A DNA stretch of 64,000 nucleotides from Candidatus Poribacteria bacterium (GTDB taxonomy: Bacteria > Poribacteria > WGA-4E > WGA-3G): positions 2,336,001-2,400,000 of the forward strand of contig CBDANF010000003.1 of the NCBI GenBank assembly GCA_965197475.1, in the 5' to 3' direction. Under the pieces are notes generated by a model that did no database searches, was not told the DNA's origin, and was given only the letters and a program-made list of their open reading frames with translations. The position numbers were made by a program, and so were the translations under genes. Shown here piece by piece: positions 62,215-64,000 of this stretch. Position 1 is the stretch's first letter; each line of letters opens with the position of its first letter.

Positions 62215-63234
62215 ATGGCAGGGAAACTGAAAGTTGCAGCTGTCGGTTGCGGCGGGATCGGATTATTACACCAACGCGGATATCTCCAGCATCAGGGGGC
62301 GGAATTGGTGGCTGTGTGTGATATAGACGCTGCCAAAGCAAAAGCCCGTGCTGAATTACTCGGTATTGCCAAGTGGTATCCGTCCATTAGAGAGATGCTT
62401 GCGAATGAAGAGTGTGATCTGGTTGACGTTGTGACTGCCGACCATTTGCACTTTGAACCTGTGATGGAATGTCTTGATGCTGGGAAACATGTTATTACTG
62501 AAAAACCGTTGTCGCTGGATATTGATGAAGCGGAACAGATGGTCGCGAAAGCGGAAGAGAAAGGGGTGCATCTCGCGATAGACTATAATCGCCGCTTCGC
62601 CCCCGGTTATGTGCAGGCGAGGCGTTGGTTTGACGCTGGAGCTATCGGACAAACCTATTATTTGGATATGAAATTATCACAAGGGGGACAGGCTTCAACC
62701 TGGAAGGGTGAGTATTATCTGCTCTATGAGTTGCAAACGCACGCGCTTGACCTACTGCGGTGGTTCGGAGGAGAGATCGTTGCTGTATGTGCAGAAATGG
62801 CGAAACCAAGAAAACATGAGGCACGTGAAGGTGAAGATGCATGCTATACCAGTATGGCGATTTCATTGCGATATGACACAGAAATAGTCGCAACTTTGCT
62901 GGCGAGTTGGGATAGCGATTTTATTCATCCGATTGAACGGATGGAAATTTGCGGTTCTACCGGGGAAATCGTTGTTGATAACGTCTTGAGTCGAGCAACA
63001 CTGATGAAACGCGATAACCAAGTCGTTGAGGAATATCGCCCATCCATTTTTCGTATGGAACAACTTGCATTTGATGGAACTTTTGCGCTACGTATAGCTG
63101 CGTTGGTAGATGATTTGCTAAATGATCGACTACCGGCACCTACAGGACGTGACGGCTTGCAGGCGATGCGAATAACAGAAGCGATCGTGGAATCTTGGAA
63201 GGAAAAACGGGAAGTAGGGGTTAAAATCGATTAA
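62215..63234 (+). CDS. Gfo/Idh/MocA family oxidoreductase
   Basis: VGCGGIG, AGKHVITEKP, YNRRF.P, H.LD. Confidence 0.92.
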   Translation: MAGKLKVAAVGCGGIGLLHQRGYLQHQGAELVAVCDIDAAKAKARAELLGIAKWYPSIREMLANEECDLVDVVTADHLHFEPVMECLDAGKHVITEKPLSLDIDEAEQMVAKAEEKGVHLAIDYNRRFAPGYVQARRWFDAGAIGQTYYLDMKLSQGGQASTWKGEYYLLYELQTHALDLLRWFGGEIVAVCAEMAKPRKHEAREGEDACYTSMAISLRYDTEIVATLLASWDSDFIHPIERMEICGSTGEIVVDNVLSRATLMKRDNQVVEEYRPSIFRMEQLAFDGTFALRIAALVDDLLNDRLPAPTGRDGLQAMRITEAIVESWKEKREVGVKID

Positions 63235-63274
63235 CAATGTGCAAACTGTTGCTATATGCAAGGAGGAACAAATT

Positions 63275-63961
63275 ATGAAACGCCAAATGTCTTTTTTAAG
63301 AAAACTTCACCGATCATTACTAACTGATTCTTCATATTCAACCGCTAGCACTTGTGTTGTATGGCTTGTTTTCATGCTGCTGGCAATAAGCTGCGGTCCG
63401 CTGCCGACCGGAGAATTCAATGTCCCTGAAACGACCACTACCACTGCTGAAAAAACGACCAAAATGCAATCAAAGCAGAGCAAAGGGAGTTTACCGGAAT
63501 CCGCTACCGTCGATTTACAAAAGCTGCCTTACTTCAGAAATGCTTTCAAACAACTGCCGCGCGTTCGTAGCAGAAGGGCACTTTCTAATTTTCATCTACA
63601 GATGCGTGAGATGGGACAGCATAGTGCTATTATTACCAACTGTTCGTTTGATGTCTTAAAAGCTTTTGTTGCGAAAGGATGGGCTCCAATTGTGATGATT
63701 CAGTTGCAAAGCCGCACCCCGGTCATCTCGCCGTTGTCCCACTATGATAACCAGTCAAGTGAAGTACACCTTCAAAATCCTACGAGTTCCAGCAAGCGTC
63801 AATTGACCTATGAGGAGTTTGAAAAGTCTTGGGAAAAGGATACGCAGAAAAGAGGCATCTTAATCACACCTCAGCGGCTCACTGAAGCAGACGTACGGAA
63901 AGTACTAGGAGAATATTTACCCGCAGAAGCGTTCCAACAGATAAACGTGAATAGTCACTAA
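63275..63961 (+). CDS. Lipoprotein with degenerate peptidase C39-like domain
   Basis: Lipobox AISC; G..PIV, YD.....V...NP......LTYEEFEKSW. Confidence 0.55.
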   Translation: MKRQMSFLRKLHRSLLTDSSYSTASTCVVWLVFMLLAISCGPLPTGEFNVPETTTTTAEKTTKMQSKQSKGSLPESATVDLQKLPYFRNAFKQLPRVRSRRALSNFHLQMREMGQHSAIITNCSFDVLKAFVAKGWAPIVMIQLQSRTPVISPLSHYDNQSSEVHLQNPTSSSKRQLTYEEFEKSWEKDTQKRGILITPQRLTEADVRKVLGEYLPAEAFQQINVNSH

Positions 63962-64000
63962 TATCAAGATCACCATTTTGTAGGTTGACGCATAGTTCCC

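Overview
A 64-kb bacterial chromosomal segment, probably from Candidatus Poribacteria or a relative. That assignment is inferred from a PhyH dioxygenase, trypsin-TPR proteins, DUF5069 and a secreted protein ending in a 'PVDAKEKLTTQWASVK'-type tail. The core is a str-S10-spc-alpha ribosomal protein cluster (38.5-57.9 kb, rpsL to rplQ) that lacks rpmD, adk, map and infA. Accessory DNA around it carries an IS3 element, two IS701/IS4-like transposase copies, GTAG-type REP-like repeats, two TA-like pairs, tRNA-Arg(CCG), a dut-thyA-(2 lipoproteins)-folA operon and an infA-rsgA-GNAT operon. The leading candidate for a new system is a cassette found on both sides of the ribosomal cluster: a secreted Zn-peptidase with a Cys-rich tail, then a conserved hairpin, then a GspC/PilP-like membrane protein. 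The left copy also has two tandem TPR-like paralogs with near-identical ends and a divergent middle, behind a leader ORF containing a poly-C tract. Other signals are an AlkB-methyltransferase-AlkB trio whose AlkBs both start with the beta-clamp motif QLSLF, a G-U-rich hairpin RNA with two alternative folds at 17.7-17.9 kb, and S12/S5 substitutions at classic streptomycin, spectinomycin and fidelity positions. Several single-base frameshifts at homopolymers may be sequencing errors. All calls were made by eye, without database searches.
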